Below are positions 26,746 through 35,422 of a DNA stretch of 64,000 nucleotides, one piece after another. The first letter of the stretch is position 1; every line of letters starts with the position of its first letter. The notes under the pieces were generated by a model that was given only the letters and a program-made list of their open reading frames with translations, made no database searches and had not been told where the DNA came from. The position numbers and the translations under genes were made by a program. This DNA comes from Acutalibacteraceae bacterium (GTDB taxonomy: Bacteria > Bacillota > Clostridia > Oscillospirales > Acutalibacteraceae): positions 1,856 to 65,855 of the forward strand of contig JAZNUP010000004.1 of the NCBI GenBank assembly GCA_045592385.1, written 5' to 3'.

Positions 26746-28659
26746 TTATCTGAAAAGGATTATGTCTGAGAATCCTTTGCCGCCGAAGAATCTGTAAAGG
26801 AAATTGCTGAAAGCAATAATGAAAGAGGTGAGAGCTTCGTTTGCACCGTCTGACAACTTGTCAGAGAAGGTGGGCTCTTCAACGGTAACACCGTTGATTT
26901 TATCACGGATAGCGTTAAGTCTCGCCTCTGCAGCCTCGCAGGCTTCGGGGTCAATCTTGGTGCTTTCAATCTGAGCTTCACCTTCAGCGATTGCTGCTGC
27001 AAGCTCCTGAGCGTCCTCAGCAGGAAGAGCGGAAGCATCAATAGCTTTTGCGGAATTAACAGCATTCGTTAAATCTCTGCCGTCTCTGGACTCGTTGAAC
27101 TGAGGATATCTTTCGGGATAAGAATTAACGCTTGTAAAATTGTTGTCGGTAAGAAGGCTGATTGCAAGCTTCATAATAACGTCGTTGCTTGCGGTGCGCT
27201 CGTGGTTCTGATTGTGGAAATAGAAGGTGTGGTCGGGAAGAAGACCTGTGCCTGCATCAACAATCTTGTGAGGGTCAACGTACTTGCCGCCTTCAACGGG
27301 TGAGTAGGAATCGGGAAGAGTTACGTCAACGCCGTAGCTTGTAGCGCCGAAGGATGTTGAATCAAGGTGAATAACACCGTCGCCGTTTACGTCATCCCAG
27401 GAATCAACAATGGGATAAAGGGAAACGTTATAGTCAACAACGTCAAATACTTCTACACCGTAGGTTTCAATCTGATAAAGAATGTTGTCGTAATGGTCAA
27501 GCTGACCCTGATAGTGAACGTCGGTCTGTGCTCTTATAAAAGCATCTTCGTCTTCGTTAAGATACTTCTTTGCTGCTGCGGGATAGTTTTCGCTGGGGAG
27601 AAGAGCCCAGATGGTGGTGCAGTATCTGAGATATTCGCCTGCGAGTACGTCGATTGCCTCGTCAATAAGTCCGTTTACTGCGGAGTTGGGGAGAATTCTG
27701 AGAACGATGTTGATGAGGTGGCCGAGCCAGGGAGTATCGTCGTCAGCGATGAGAATGGGGAACATTTCGTTGTAAAGAGCTTCATCGTCGTCGATAAGAC
27801 CGAACTCAAAGATTTCACCGAGGAGCATTGTACCGTCAGCGGCGGGAACGATGAAGATGATTCTGTCAAGATACTGACCTACTTCGGGGTAACGCTCAAG
27901 AAGGTTTACTGCAAGTGAGCCGCCCTGGCTGATGGGTACGATGTTTGCCTTGCCTGTGGGGGAGGCGGCAGCAGCTTTCATTATGTAAGCATAAAGCTCG
28001 TCAACGATTGAGTTGATGTTGCCGAAGGAGCAGTAAGAATAGAAATAAAGATGCTCTTCACCGCAGATTTGAGCGTAATCGTTAAGAGGAATCTGGTCAT
28101 AGATGTAGTCTTTTTCTTCCTGAGTGCATTCTGCAACGCTGCCTTCGTATTTGTCAGCCTTTACGTTGTAGATAAATTCACCCTTGGAATTGTTCTGAGC
28201 CTTTGCGCCGAGAACTTTACCGAGAACTGCGGAAACCTTCTTTGCAAGCATTCCGTTCCAGTCGTGCTGGGTGATGAGGGTGAGAAGCAGGGGGAAGAGG
28301 CATTCCTTGAGCGCAACCTTTACGATATCGTTTGTGCTTTCAAGGAAGAAGGGGGCTTCGTAGGGTTCACCGTCTGCATTGAGGGCAAGAGTGCCGTCTT
28401 CATTGTAGAGAGCGGTTTTGGACTGAAAAACACCGGGGATAACAACGGAATTACTGCATTCCTCGGGGTTAACGTCGGGATCGGTAAGGTAGCTGAAAAG
28501 AGCCTGAGAGGTGGCTTCGTTTTCACTGAGGGTAACGGTTTCGACTGTGCCGGCATCTGCTTCGGTAGGCTGATTTGCAAATGCAAATACGCTTGCAACG
28601 GAGAGTACCATAGTCAGAACCAAAAGGAGCGCTGTGATTTTTAATGAGAGTTTTTTCAC
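26746..28659 (-). CDS. secreted LCAT/PGAP1-like lipase/esterase candidate
   Basis: The ORF runs to 28677, but the GTG at 28659 (RBS AAAGGA 9 nt upstream) gives a classic signal peptide, MKKLSLKITALLLVLTMVLSVASVFAFA. VVIPGVFQS and the elbow-like PISQGGS resemble LCAT-type alpha/beta hydrolases. The function call is tentative. Confidence 0.4.
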   Translation of the reverse strand: MKKLSLKITALLLVLTMVLSVASVFAFANQPTEADAGTVETVTLSENEATSQALFSYLTDPDVNPEECSNSVVIPGVFQSKTALYNEDGTLALNADGEPYEAPFFLESTNDIVKVALKECLFPLLLTLITQHDWNGMLAKKVSAVLGKVLGAKAQNNSKGEFIYNVKADKYEGSVAECTQEEKDYIYDQIPLNDYAQICGEEHLYFYSYCSFGNINSIVDELYAYIMKAAAASPTGKANIVPISQGGSLAVNLLERYPEVGQYLDRIIFIVPAADGTMLLGEIFEFGLIDDDEALYNEMFPILIADDDTPWLGHLINIVLRILPNSAVNGLIDEAIDVLAGEYLRYCTTIWALLPSENYPAAAKKYLNEDEDAFIRAQTDVHYQGQLDHYDNILYQIETYGVEVFDVVDYNVSLYPIVDSWDDVNGDGVIHLDSTSFGATSYGVDVTLPDSYSPVEGGKYVDPHKIVDAGTGLLPDHTFYFHNQNHERTASNDVIMKLAISLLTDNNFTSVNSYPERYPQFNESRDGRDLTNAVNSAKAIDASALPAEDAQELAAAIAEGEAQIESTKIDPEACEAAEARLNAIRDKINGVTVEEPTFSDKLSDGANEALTSFIIAFSNFLYRFFGGKGFSDIILFR

Positions 28660-28796
28660 AATAACAAGTCCTTTCATAAATGAATATAAATAATTATTAT
28701 CACATTTGAAGCAAAATTACAAGAGAAATTTAACAGATTGAACGAAAAGATTGACTTTTTATGCCTTTTGGTTGTAACATAAACAAAGGTGATAAT

Positions 28797-29423
28797 ATGA
28801 ATGTTGAAAAATGTTTTGTGTTTGCGGCAGGAGAATATTACAAATGCAAAAGACCTGATGTTGACGGCTATGTCGTTGCCGCCGATGCAGGTTATAAAAA
28901 GCTTGAGGAGTGGGGAATAACTCCCGATGCCGTTATCGGCGATTTCGATTCGGCTCAAAGGCCTGAAAACGTTGACGTTATTCAGCTTAATCCCGTTAAG
29001 GATGAAACTGATACCTGGGAGGCGGTAAGGCTCGGCCTTGAAAAGGGCTGCACGGATTTTAATATTTACGGCGGCACGGGCGGCAGGAGTGACCACACCT
29101 TTGCCAATATTCAGCTTGTTACAATGCTTGCAAAAAAAGGCGTGAAAGCGAGACTCTTTGGCAACGGCGAGATTATGACGGTTATTCATAATTCCTCCAT
29201 TGCTTTTTCTGAGGATTCGCAGGGTATGGTTTCAGTGTTTTCACTTTGCGAAAAGAGCGAGGGCGTAAGTGAAAAAGGGCTTAAATATCTGCTCGACGGT
29301 TATGATATGACAAACGATTATGCCATAGGAGTAAGCAACGAATTCATTGGTGAGAGGGCTGAAATTTCTGTAAAAAAAGGCACCCTGCTCGTTATGTACA
29401 CGGACAGGGCGACTGTTGAATAA
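28797..29423 (+). CDS. thiN: thiamine pyrophosphokinase
   Basis: ATG at 28797 after AAAGGTGA (the track ORF starts 36 nt earlier). Contains VIGDFDS and YGGTGGRSDH, hallmarks of the TPK catalytic domain. Confidence 0.85.
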   Translation: MNVEKCFVFAAGEYYKCKRPDVDGYVVAADAGYKKLEEWGITPDAVIGDFDSAQRPENVDVIQLNPVKDETDTWEAVRLGLEKGCTDFNIYGGTGGRSDHTFANIQLVTMLAKKGVKARLFGNGEIMTVIHNSSIAFSEDSQGMVSVFSLCEKSEGVSEKGLKYLLDGYDMTNDYAIGVSNEFIGERAEISVKKGTLLVMYTDRATVE

Positions 29424-29424
29424 A

Positions 29425-30756
29425 TTATTTTACGTCTGCATTTACGTATTTTGCGGAGAGCTTTGAATAAACGATTTTCTGGCTTGTGTAAAGGCCGAAA
29501 TATCCGCTGAGCATATAACTTACCGCGCAGGATGTAACGTAAGGGATTATCTGAGAAGTTCCGAAAAGCTCTATGCTCAGTATTATTGATGCTATGGGGC
29601 AGTTAACGACTGCGCAGAACATGGAAACAAGGCCGAGCGAAGCTCCGAAGCCTTTGTTTAATCCGATAAAAGAGGAAACGGTGCTGCCGAGTGTAGAACC
29701 GATAAAGAAAGTGGGTACGATTTCTCCGCCCTTATATCCGGAGCAGATTGTAAGCACGGTAAACAAAATTTTCAAAGCGAATGCTTCGGGTCTTGCAACC
29801 CCGGTGCATATCGCTTTTTCTATTATCTGCGAGCCTGCGCCAAAGTAATCCTGCGTGCCGATAAGAGTGCCGAGGAGCACTATTACAAGTCCGCCGACGG
29901 TGGCACGAAGGAAAGTGTTCTTAATGAATTTTTCAAGCAGGAATTCGCCTTTGTGGAGCATAACGCAGAATATAATTCCGGCAAGGGCACTGACTGCGCC
30001 GATTGCGGCGGATTGAAGCACAATCTGCCACGAAAGCTCAGGTATGACCGCAAGCTGATAGCTTACGGGGTGTGAGCCGAGAAGAACGGATACACCGTAA
30101 GCCGCAAGTGATGATACAAGGCAGGGGATGAGAGCGGCGTAGTGCATTATGCCGATGCTGATTACTTCAATTGCAAATATGGCGGCGGTCATGGGAGTGC
30201 CGAAAAGTGCTGAGAAAACCGCGCTCATACCGCACATTACAGCAATGGGAACGTCTTTTTCACCAAGTCTGAAAAACTTGCTGAGGTATTTTCCTATTGT
30301 ACCTCCGAGCTGAAGCGCTGCACCCTCACGGCCGGCAGAGCCGCCGAAAAGATGAGTTATAACGGTGCTTATAAAGATTGCGGGAGCAAGCAAAAACGGA
30401 ACTTTTTCGCTTGAACGCACGGAGTCTATTATTTTGTTTGTGCCTGTGTGACCGAGTTTAAAGAGCTTGTAAACAGCGGCGATTACTATACCGCCAACGG
30501 GCAGAAGCCATATTATGTACGGATGGCTTTCACGAAAAAGGGTAGCATATTCTATGCTTGTGTGAAATACAGAGCCTACGAGTCCGCCTGAAAGTCCGCT
30601 GACTCCTGCTACAATTATCCATTTTACAAAAGTGAAAACGTACTTTTTGATTCTCAAAAGTATGTTTTTTATGCAAGGTTTTTCCAATTCTGATTCATCT
30701 CCGGACAGTGTTAAAAAATCGATATCTATGGTAGCACAGGCGCTGGCTTCTTTCAA
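29425..30756 (-). CDS. ClC-family chloride/anion channel or antiporter
   Basis: 443-aa polytopic ORF with GSAGREGAALQLG and GTPMTAAIFAIE, which are ClC selectivity-filter-region motifs. Its stop lies 1 nt from the thiN stop. Confidence 0.85.
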   Translation of the reverse strand: MKEASACATIDIDFLTLSGDESELEKPCIKNILLRIKKYVFTFVKWIIVAGVSGLSGGLVGSVFHTSIEYATLFRESHPYIIWLLPVGGIVIAAVYKLFKLGHTGTNKIIDSVRSSEKVPFLLAPAIFISTVITHLFGGSAGREGAALQLGGTIGKYLSKFFRLGEKDVPIAVMCGMSAVFSALFGTPMTAAIFAIEVISIGIMHYAALIPCLVSSLAAYGVSVLLGSHPVSYQLAVIPELSWQIVLQSAAIGAVSALAGIIFCVMLHKGEFLLEKFIKNTFLRATVGGLVIVLLGTLIGTQDYFGAGSQIIEKAICTGVARPEAFALKILFTVLTICSGYKGGEIVPTFFIGSTLGSTVSSFIGLNKGFGASLGLVSMFCAVVNCPIASIILSIELFGTSQIIPYVTSCAVSYMLSGYFGLYTSQKIVYSKLSAKYVNADVK

Positions 30757-30823
30757 TCGTAAAGCTGACGAAAAATGCGGTTAAAACGTGAAAAACATCG
30801 GCGTTTTGACTGATTTTGCTGCA

Positions 30824-30852
30824 TTGACAATACTATAATAAGATGTTAAAAT
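30824..30852 (+). promoter_or_regulatory. candidate promoter of the hyp-hydrogenase operon
   Basis: TTGACA (30824-30829), a 17-nt spacer, then TAAAAT (30847-30852). A 13-bp palindrome TGTTAAAATAACA (30844-30856) overlaps the -10. Confidence 0.5.
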
Positions 30853-30910
30853 AACAACACAGCCGCTGTCACCAACGACCGTGGCTTTTTGATATTTTTT
30901 GGAGGCAATT

Positions 30911-31276
30911 ATGCATGAAACGGCACTTACGCAAAACCTGATAAACATAGCCTGCAAGGCGATTGAGGGCAGGGACGTTACAAAAGTGAACAGCGTTACC
31001 TTGTGTGTGGGTGCTTTGTCGGGTGTGCTTTACGATGCTATGGAGTTTGCTTTTGAAGCAATGAAGCAGGGCACTGTGCTTGAAACTGCTGTTCTTGCTT
31101 TTGAAGAATTGCCCGTAAGAGCGAAGTGCAGGGAGTGTGCCTCCGAATATCAACCCGTCGAATTTCCGTATACCTGCCCCGGATGCGGGAGTAGGTATTT
31201 TGAAATAATCGGCGGAGAAGAGGTTTACATAAAAAATATTGACTGTATCGGAGATGATGACGTTGTCACAGATTAA
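30911..31276 (+). CDS. hypA: hydrogenase nickel-insertion protein HypA
   Basis: ATG at 30911, 5 nt after GGAGG (the track ORF starts 12 nt earlier). N-terminus MHETALTQNLI and zinc site CRECAS...CPGCGS. Confidence 0.9.
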   Translation: MHETALTQNLINIACKAIEGRDVTKVNSVTLCVGALSGVLYDAMEFAFEAMKQGTVLETAVLAFEELPVRAKCRECASEYQPVEFPYTCPGCGSRYFEIIGGEEVYIKNIDCIGDDDVVTD

Positions 31277-31922
31277 AGTTAATACGGATTTGAAAGCGCT
31301 CAATAATGAAATTGCGGCGCAGAATAAGGAAAAGCTCCATTCCTGCGGCATCCTCACCGTTGACGTGCTGGGCTCTCCCGGCTCAGGCAAAACAACCTTG
31401 CTTGAGAATATCCTTCCCGAGCTTGCGGCTAAATGCCGTGTGGCGGTAATCGAAGGTGACCTTGCAACGGAGAATGATGCGCTGAGAATAGCAAAAACAG
31501 GTGTCAAAGCAGTGCAGATCAATACAAACGGCGGCTGCCACCTTGATGCTAAAATGATTGAGCGTCAGTTTGAAAATATCGACCTTGAGAATACAGACGT
31601 GCTTGTTATTGAAAACGTCGGCAATCTTGTGTGCCCCGTATCGTTTGCGCTGGGTGAGGATTTGAGAATTGTTGTGCTCAGTACCGCAGAGGGTGAGGAT
31701 AAACCACTTAAATATCCCACCGCAATGCTTAAAACTGATGCGGTTGTTGTGTCCAAAACAGATATTGCCGGATACGTTTCCGTAAGCACTGAGAAGCTTA
31801 TTGAAAATATCAGAACGGTGAATCCTGACGTAAAGATTTTCACTGCAGGCAAAACGGACGGAGAGTACCGTGCCGAAGGTCTTGTAGAGTATATTCTTGA
31901 AGCAAGGAAAAATCTGAAATGA
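31239..31922 (+). CDS. hypB: hydrogenase nickel-incorporation GTPase HypB
   Basis: P-loop GSPGSGKTTLLE, metal-binding GGCHLDA, ENVGNLVCP. The start is ambiguous (31239, 31254 or 31257) and overlaps the hypA end. No His-rich N-terminus. Confidence 0.9.
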   Translation: MTVSEMMTLSQIKVNTDLKALNNEIAAQNKEKLHSCGILTVDVLGSPGSGKTTLLENILPELAAKCRVAVIEGDLATENDALRIAKTGVKAVQINTNGGCHLDAKMIERQFENIDLENTDVLVIENVGNLVCPVSFALGEDLRIVVLSTAEGEDKPLKYPTAMLKTDAVVVSKTDIAGYVSVSTEKLIENIRTVNPDVKIFTAGKTDGEYRAEGLVEYILEARKNLK

Positions 31923-34144
31923 TGCCTGTAAGACGGGAAATCAGAATACGCGGTACCGTTCAGGGCGTCGGATTCAGACCTTTTGTGTTCAACTGCGCAA
32001 AAGAATTCGGATTAAGCGGATTTGTCGTCAACACTCCTTACGGCGTGAAAATTCAGGCGCAGGGTGATGAAATTGCACTTGACGGATTTGTGCAAAAAAT
32101 CCGTACTTATCCTCCTCCCGCTTCACGGGTTGAAGAAATCACCGTAAAAGAGATTAATACTGTTGCTGACAGCGGCTTTTCCATAAAACCGAGCATTGAC
32201 GGATGCACCGATACTTTTGTGTCGCCCGATATCGGAACGTGCGAAGCGTGCTTTGAGGAAATCAGTAATCCGGATAACAGAAGATACGGCTACGCATTTA
32301 CCAACTGCACGTCCTGCGGTCCTCGGTTTTCGATGATTGAAGCCGTGCCGTATGACCGTAAAAATACAACGATGAGCGGCTTTAAGATGTGCGGAAAGTG
32401 CAGGGAAGAATACGAAAACGTTGAAGACAGACGCTTTCACGCCGAGCCTGTTGCGTGCGCAGATTGCGGACCCGAGCTTGAATTTGTTGCGGGGTCAGAG
32501 GTTTATTCCGATGCACTCAAGGCTTTCGGAGACTTTGTTTCGCAGGGGAAAACCGTTGCGGTCAAGGGCCTCGGCGGTTATCATCTTGCGTGCGATGCGT
32601 TTAATGAAGATGCAGTATCCCGTTTAAGGTCAAGGAAACACCGTTTTGATAAACCCTTTGCCGTTATGGTGCAGAATATTGAGCAAGCGGAAAAGCTGTG
32701 CATCATTGGCGATGAGGAAAAGAGGCTTCTCCAAAGCCCTGCAAGGCCGATAGTTCTGCTGAAAAAGAGAGAAAACTGTGCCGTAGCACCGAGTGTTGCG
32801 CCGCAGAATAACCGTTTAGGTGTGATGCTTGCATATACTCCGCTTCATTATCTGCTTCTTGACGGATTTGATGCACTTGTTATGACGAGCGCAAATCTCA
32901 GCGATGAGCCCACCGTATTTGCGGATGAAGATGCGTTGAGGCTTGAAAGCGTTGCCGATGCATTTCTCAGGCACAACAGAAGAATATGCCGCAGGGTGGA
33001 TGACAGTGTTTGTGCCGTGGTAAACGGCAAAGTAAGAATTATAAGAAGGGCAAGGGGATATGCCCCCGAGCCGTTATATATCGGAGCGGGCAAAGGCGAT
33101 TTGCTTGCCTGCGGAGCTCAGCAGAAAAATACGTTCTGCCTGCTTCGCAACGGCTATGCTTTCGTTTCGGGTCATATGGGTGACCTTGATGAAGAGACAG
33201 CCGAAAAAAGCTATAAGAAAGAAATTGAAAGCTTTAAAAATCTGTTTTCAGCGAGACCCGAGCTTGCGGTGTGCGATATGCACCCCGATTATGTTTCGTC
33301 AAGATATGCTTTTGCTTCAGGTCTTTCCGTAAAACAGATTCAGCACCATAAGGCTCATTTTATAAGCGTGCTTGCCGAGCATTCGGTTTTTGATAAAGAC
33401 GTTCTGGGCTTCGTTTTTGACGGTACGGGTCTTGGCGATGATATGAAGATATGGGGCGGCGAGATGTTTCTCGGTTCTGTTCATTCTTGCAAAAGGGCGG
33501 GGCATCTGCGTGAGTTTCACCTTGCAGGCGCGCAAGCCGCAATAAACGAGCCGTGGAGATGCGCTGTTGCCGTGGCAGAGCAGGCGGAAAAGGGGAGCGC
33601 AGCCAGACTTTTTGATAAAGCGGAAATTATTCTGCGCAGCATAGAAGCGGGTATCAACAGCCCCGAAACCTCGTCTATGGGAAGACTGTTTGATGCAGTT
33701 GCCGCAATAGCAGGGGTCTGCACCGAGGTGACCTATGAAGGCCAGGCGGCAATTCTCCTTGAACAGATTGCCGATGAAAGCGCAGAGGGCGAATATCGGT
33801 TTGAAATCTGCGAGGAGAATACACAGCTTATATTCGATTGGCGCAATCTTGTAAGATGCGCGGTTGAGGACAGGTTGTCAGGTGTCAGCGCAGGGGTTAT
33901 ATCAATGCGTTTTCACAGGGCAGTTATAAATCTTATGGCGCAGTGCGCCGAGATTGTATACAGAAAATACAACATTAAAAAAATCGCCCTTTCAGGCGGA
34001 TGCTTTCAGAATTTCATCCTGCTTGAAAATGCCGAGAAGGTTTTGTCTCATAACGGATTTGAGGTTTATTCAAATGAGCGTATACCTGTAAATGACGGTG
34101 GAATTTCCTTCGGTCAGGCGGCAGCGGCGGTTTATTCGGAGTGA
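31919..34144 (+). CDS. hypF: carbamoyltransferase HypF
   Basis: 741 aa. Acylphosphatase-like N-terminus IRGTVQGVGFRPFV and two zinc-finger pairs (CEAC...CTSCGPRFS; CGKC...CADCGP), followed by YrdC-like and Kae1-like regions. ATGA overlap with hypB. Confidence 0.95.
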   Translation: MMPVRREIRIRGTVQGVGFRPFVFNCAKEFGLSGFVVNTPYGVKIQAQGDEIALDGFVQKIRTYPPPASRVEEITVKEINTVADSGFSIKPSIDGCTDTFVSPDIGTCEACFEEISNPDNRRYGYAFTNCTSCGPRFSMIEAVPYDRKNTTMSGFKMCGKCREEYENVEDRRFHAEPVACADCGPELEFVAGSEVYSDALKAFGDFVSQGKTVAVKGLGGYHLACDAFNEDAVSRLRSRKHRFDKPFAVMVQNIEQAEKLCIIGDEEKRLLQSPARPIVLLKKRENCAVAPSVAPQNNRLGVMLAYTPLHYLLLDGFDALVMTSANLSDEPTVFADEDALRLESVADAFLRHNRRICRRVDDSVCAVVNGKVRIIRRARGYAPEPLYIGAGKGDLLACGAQQKNTFCLLRNGYAFVSGHMGDLDEETAEKSYKKEIESFKNLFSARPELAVCDMHPDYVSSRYAFASGLSVKQIQHHKAHFISVLAEHSVFDKDVLGFVFDGTGLGDDMKIWGGEMFLGSVHSCKRAGHLREFHLAGAQAAINEPWRCAVAVAEQAEKGSAARLFDKAEIILRSIEAGINSPETSSMGRLFDAVAAIAGVCTEVTYEGQAAILLEQIADESAEGEYRFEICEENTQLIFDWRNLVRCAVEDRLSGVSAGVISMRFHRAVINLMAQCAEIVYRKYNIKKIALSGGCFQNFILLENAEKVLSHNGFEVYSNERIPVNDGGISFGQAAAAVYSE

Positions 34145-34148
34145 TATT

Positions 34149-34367
34149 ATGTGCCTTGCAATGCCGGGTAAAATAATAAAAATTGAAGATTCGCAGGCTG
34201 TTATTGATTACGGCGCGGTTGCAACCCGTGCGGATTTGCGGGTAAAGCCTGAGGCGAAAATCGGAGATACCGTTTTGGTGCACGCGGGCTTTGTAATTGA
34301 GATTCTTTCTCAGGAATCTGCGCAAGAGATTGAGATGCTTGTAAAAGAGACTATGGGTGAAACGTGA
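34149..34367 (+). CDS. hypC: hydrogenase assembly chaperone HypC
   Basis: The ATG at 34149 gives the canonical MCLAMPGKI N-terminus (the track ORF starts 57 nt earlier inside hypF). 72 aa. Confidence 0.9.
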   Translation: MCLAMPGKIIKIEDSQAVIDYGAVATRADLRVKPEAKIGDTVLVHAGFVIEILSQESAQEIEMLVKETMGET

Positions 34368-35422
34368 TGAGAGCGGATGAAATAATTGCAGCCATTCACA
34401 AAAAAGCCGAAGGTCTCGGCAATATCGCGGTTATGGAAGTGTGCGGCACTCACACAAACGAGCTTCACCGCCACGCAATCCCTCAGGCGTTGCCTGATAA
34501 TATCCGACTTGTTTCGGGGCCGGGATGCCCCGTGTGCGTAACGGCGCAGAGTGATATCCACGCAGCACTCACCATAGCAGGGATGAAGGATACCGTGCTT
34601 TGCTGCTACGGCGATATGCTCAGGGTGCCCTGCGGTGATACAAGTCTGCTCGGTATGAAGGGCGAGGGGGCTGACGTTAGAAGCGTAGTCAGCGCACTCG
34701 AGGTGCTTGAGATTGCGCGTGAAAATCCGTTGAAGCAGGTTGTGTTTTTTGCTGTGGGGTTTGAAACAACAACTCCTCACACAGCAGCGCTTATTGAGGA
34801 TGCCCAGAGGGAAAACCTCAGTAACCTCAGCGTGCTCTGCTCTCATAAAACAATGCCGGCCGCCGTTACCGCTTTACTTTCGGGTAAATCGGGAGTGAAT
34901 GCGCTTATGTGCCCCGGCCACGTTGCCTGCATTACAGGCAGAAAGGGCTTCGATTTTGTGCCTGAAAAGCTGAAAATCCCTGCCGTTATAGCAGGCTTTG
35001 AGGCTTACGATATGCTTTTCGCATTGCTTAAAATATGCGATATGATTGAAAAATCTCAGCTTGAGTGCTTTAATGCCTACACAAGGGCGGTAAGCGAAAA
35101 CGGCAATGATGCCGCGCTCAGGCTTACTTATAAAATTTTTGAAAAAAGCGAATGCGAGTGGAGGGGCCTCGGAAGAATTCCTGAAAGCGGACTTGCTATA
35201 CGTGAGGAATATTTTTTCTTTGATGCCCGCCGCCGTTTTGAAATTCCTGATTTTACTGAGAAAAGCGGCAAAAAATGCATTTGCTCAAAAATTCTTAGGG
35301 GAGAGGCGCTCCCGTCGGACTGCCCGAGCTTTGCATCAGTGTGCACTCCCGAAACTCCTTTGGGTGCGTGTATGGTATCCTCGGAGGGCAGCTGTGCCGC
35401 TTACTACAAGTATGAGAGGTGA
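34364..35422 (+). CDS. hypD: hydrogenase maturation factor HypD
   Basis: 352 aa with the HypD signatures MEVCGTHT, GPGCPVCV and FETT. 4-nt overlap with hypC. Confidence 0.95.
   Translation: MMRADEIIAAIHKKAEGLGNIAVMEVCGTHTNELHRHAIPQALPDNIRLVSGPGCPVCVTAQSDIHAALTIAGMKDTVLCCYGDMLRVPCGDTSLLGMKGEGADVRSVVSALEVLEIARENPLKQVVFFAVGFETTTPHTAALIEDAQRENLSNLSVLCSHKTMPAAVTALLSGKSGVNALMCPGHVACITGRKGFDFVPEKLKIPAVIAGFEAYDMLFALLKICDMIEKSQLECFNAYTRAVSENGNDAALRLTYKIFEKSECEWRGLGRIPESGLAIREEYFFFDARRRFEIPDFTEKSGKKCICSKILRGEALPSDCPSFASVCTPETPLGACMVSSEGSCAAYYKYER

Noticed and set aside
28678-28796. A TPP riboswitch upstream of thiamine pyrophosphokinase.
   Set aside because: Only 119 nt are available. There is no CTGAGA / ACCTGA-type THI-box core, and TPK genes are not usually TPP-riboswitch controlled.
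30844-30856. A Rex (redox repressor) box at the hydrogenase promoter.
   Set aside because: TGTTA-AAA-TAACA has Rex-like half-sites, but the spacing is 3 nt rather than the 6 nt between TGTTA and TAACA in TTGTTAA-N4-TTAACAA. It is kept only as an unassigned palindrome.
30757-30900. A fluoride (crcB-motif) riboswitch upstream of the ClC gene.
   Set aside because: The minus-strand leader contains GCCGATG and AACCGC fragments. It lacks the paired GGCGATGG...GCC P1 helix and the CTGATGA-type 3' element, so it does not fold into the motif as I remember it.
34092-34148. Long N-terminal extensions offered by the ORF track: HypC from 34092, FeoA to 54262, DtxR from 54245, DivIVA from 47738, thiN from 28761, the large subunit from 43280 and ASRT from 46400.
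   Set aside because: The internal ATG/GTG starts have proper GGAGG-type RBS spacing and give canonical family N-termini such as MCLAMPG for HypC. The extensions run through upstream genes or promoters.
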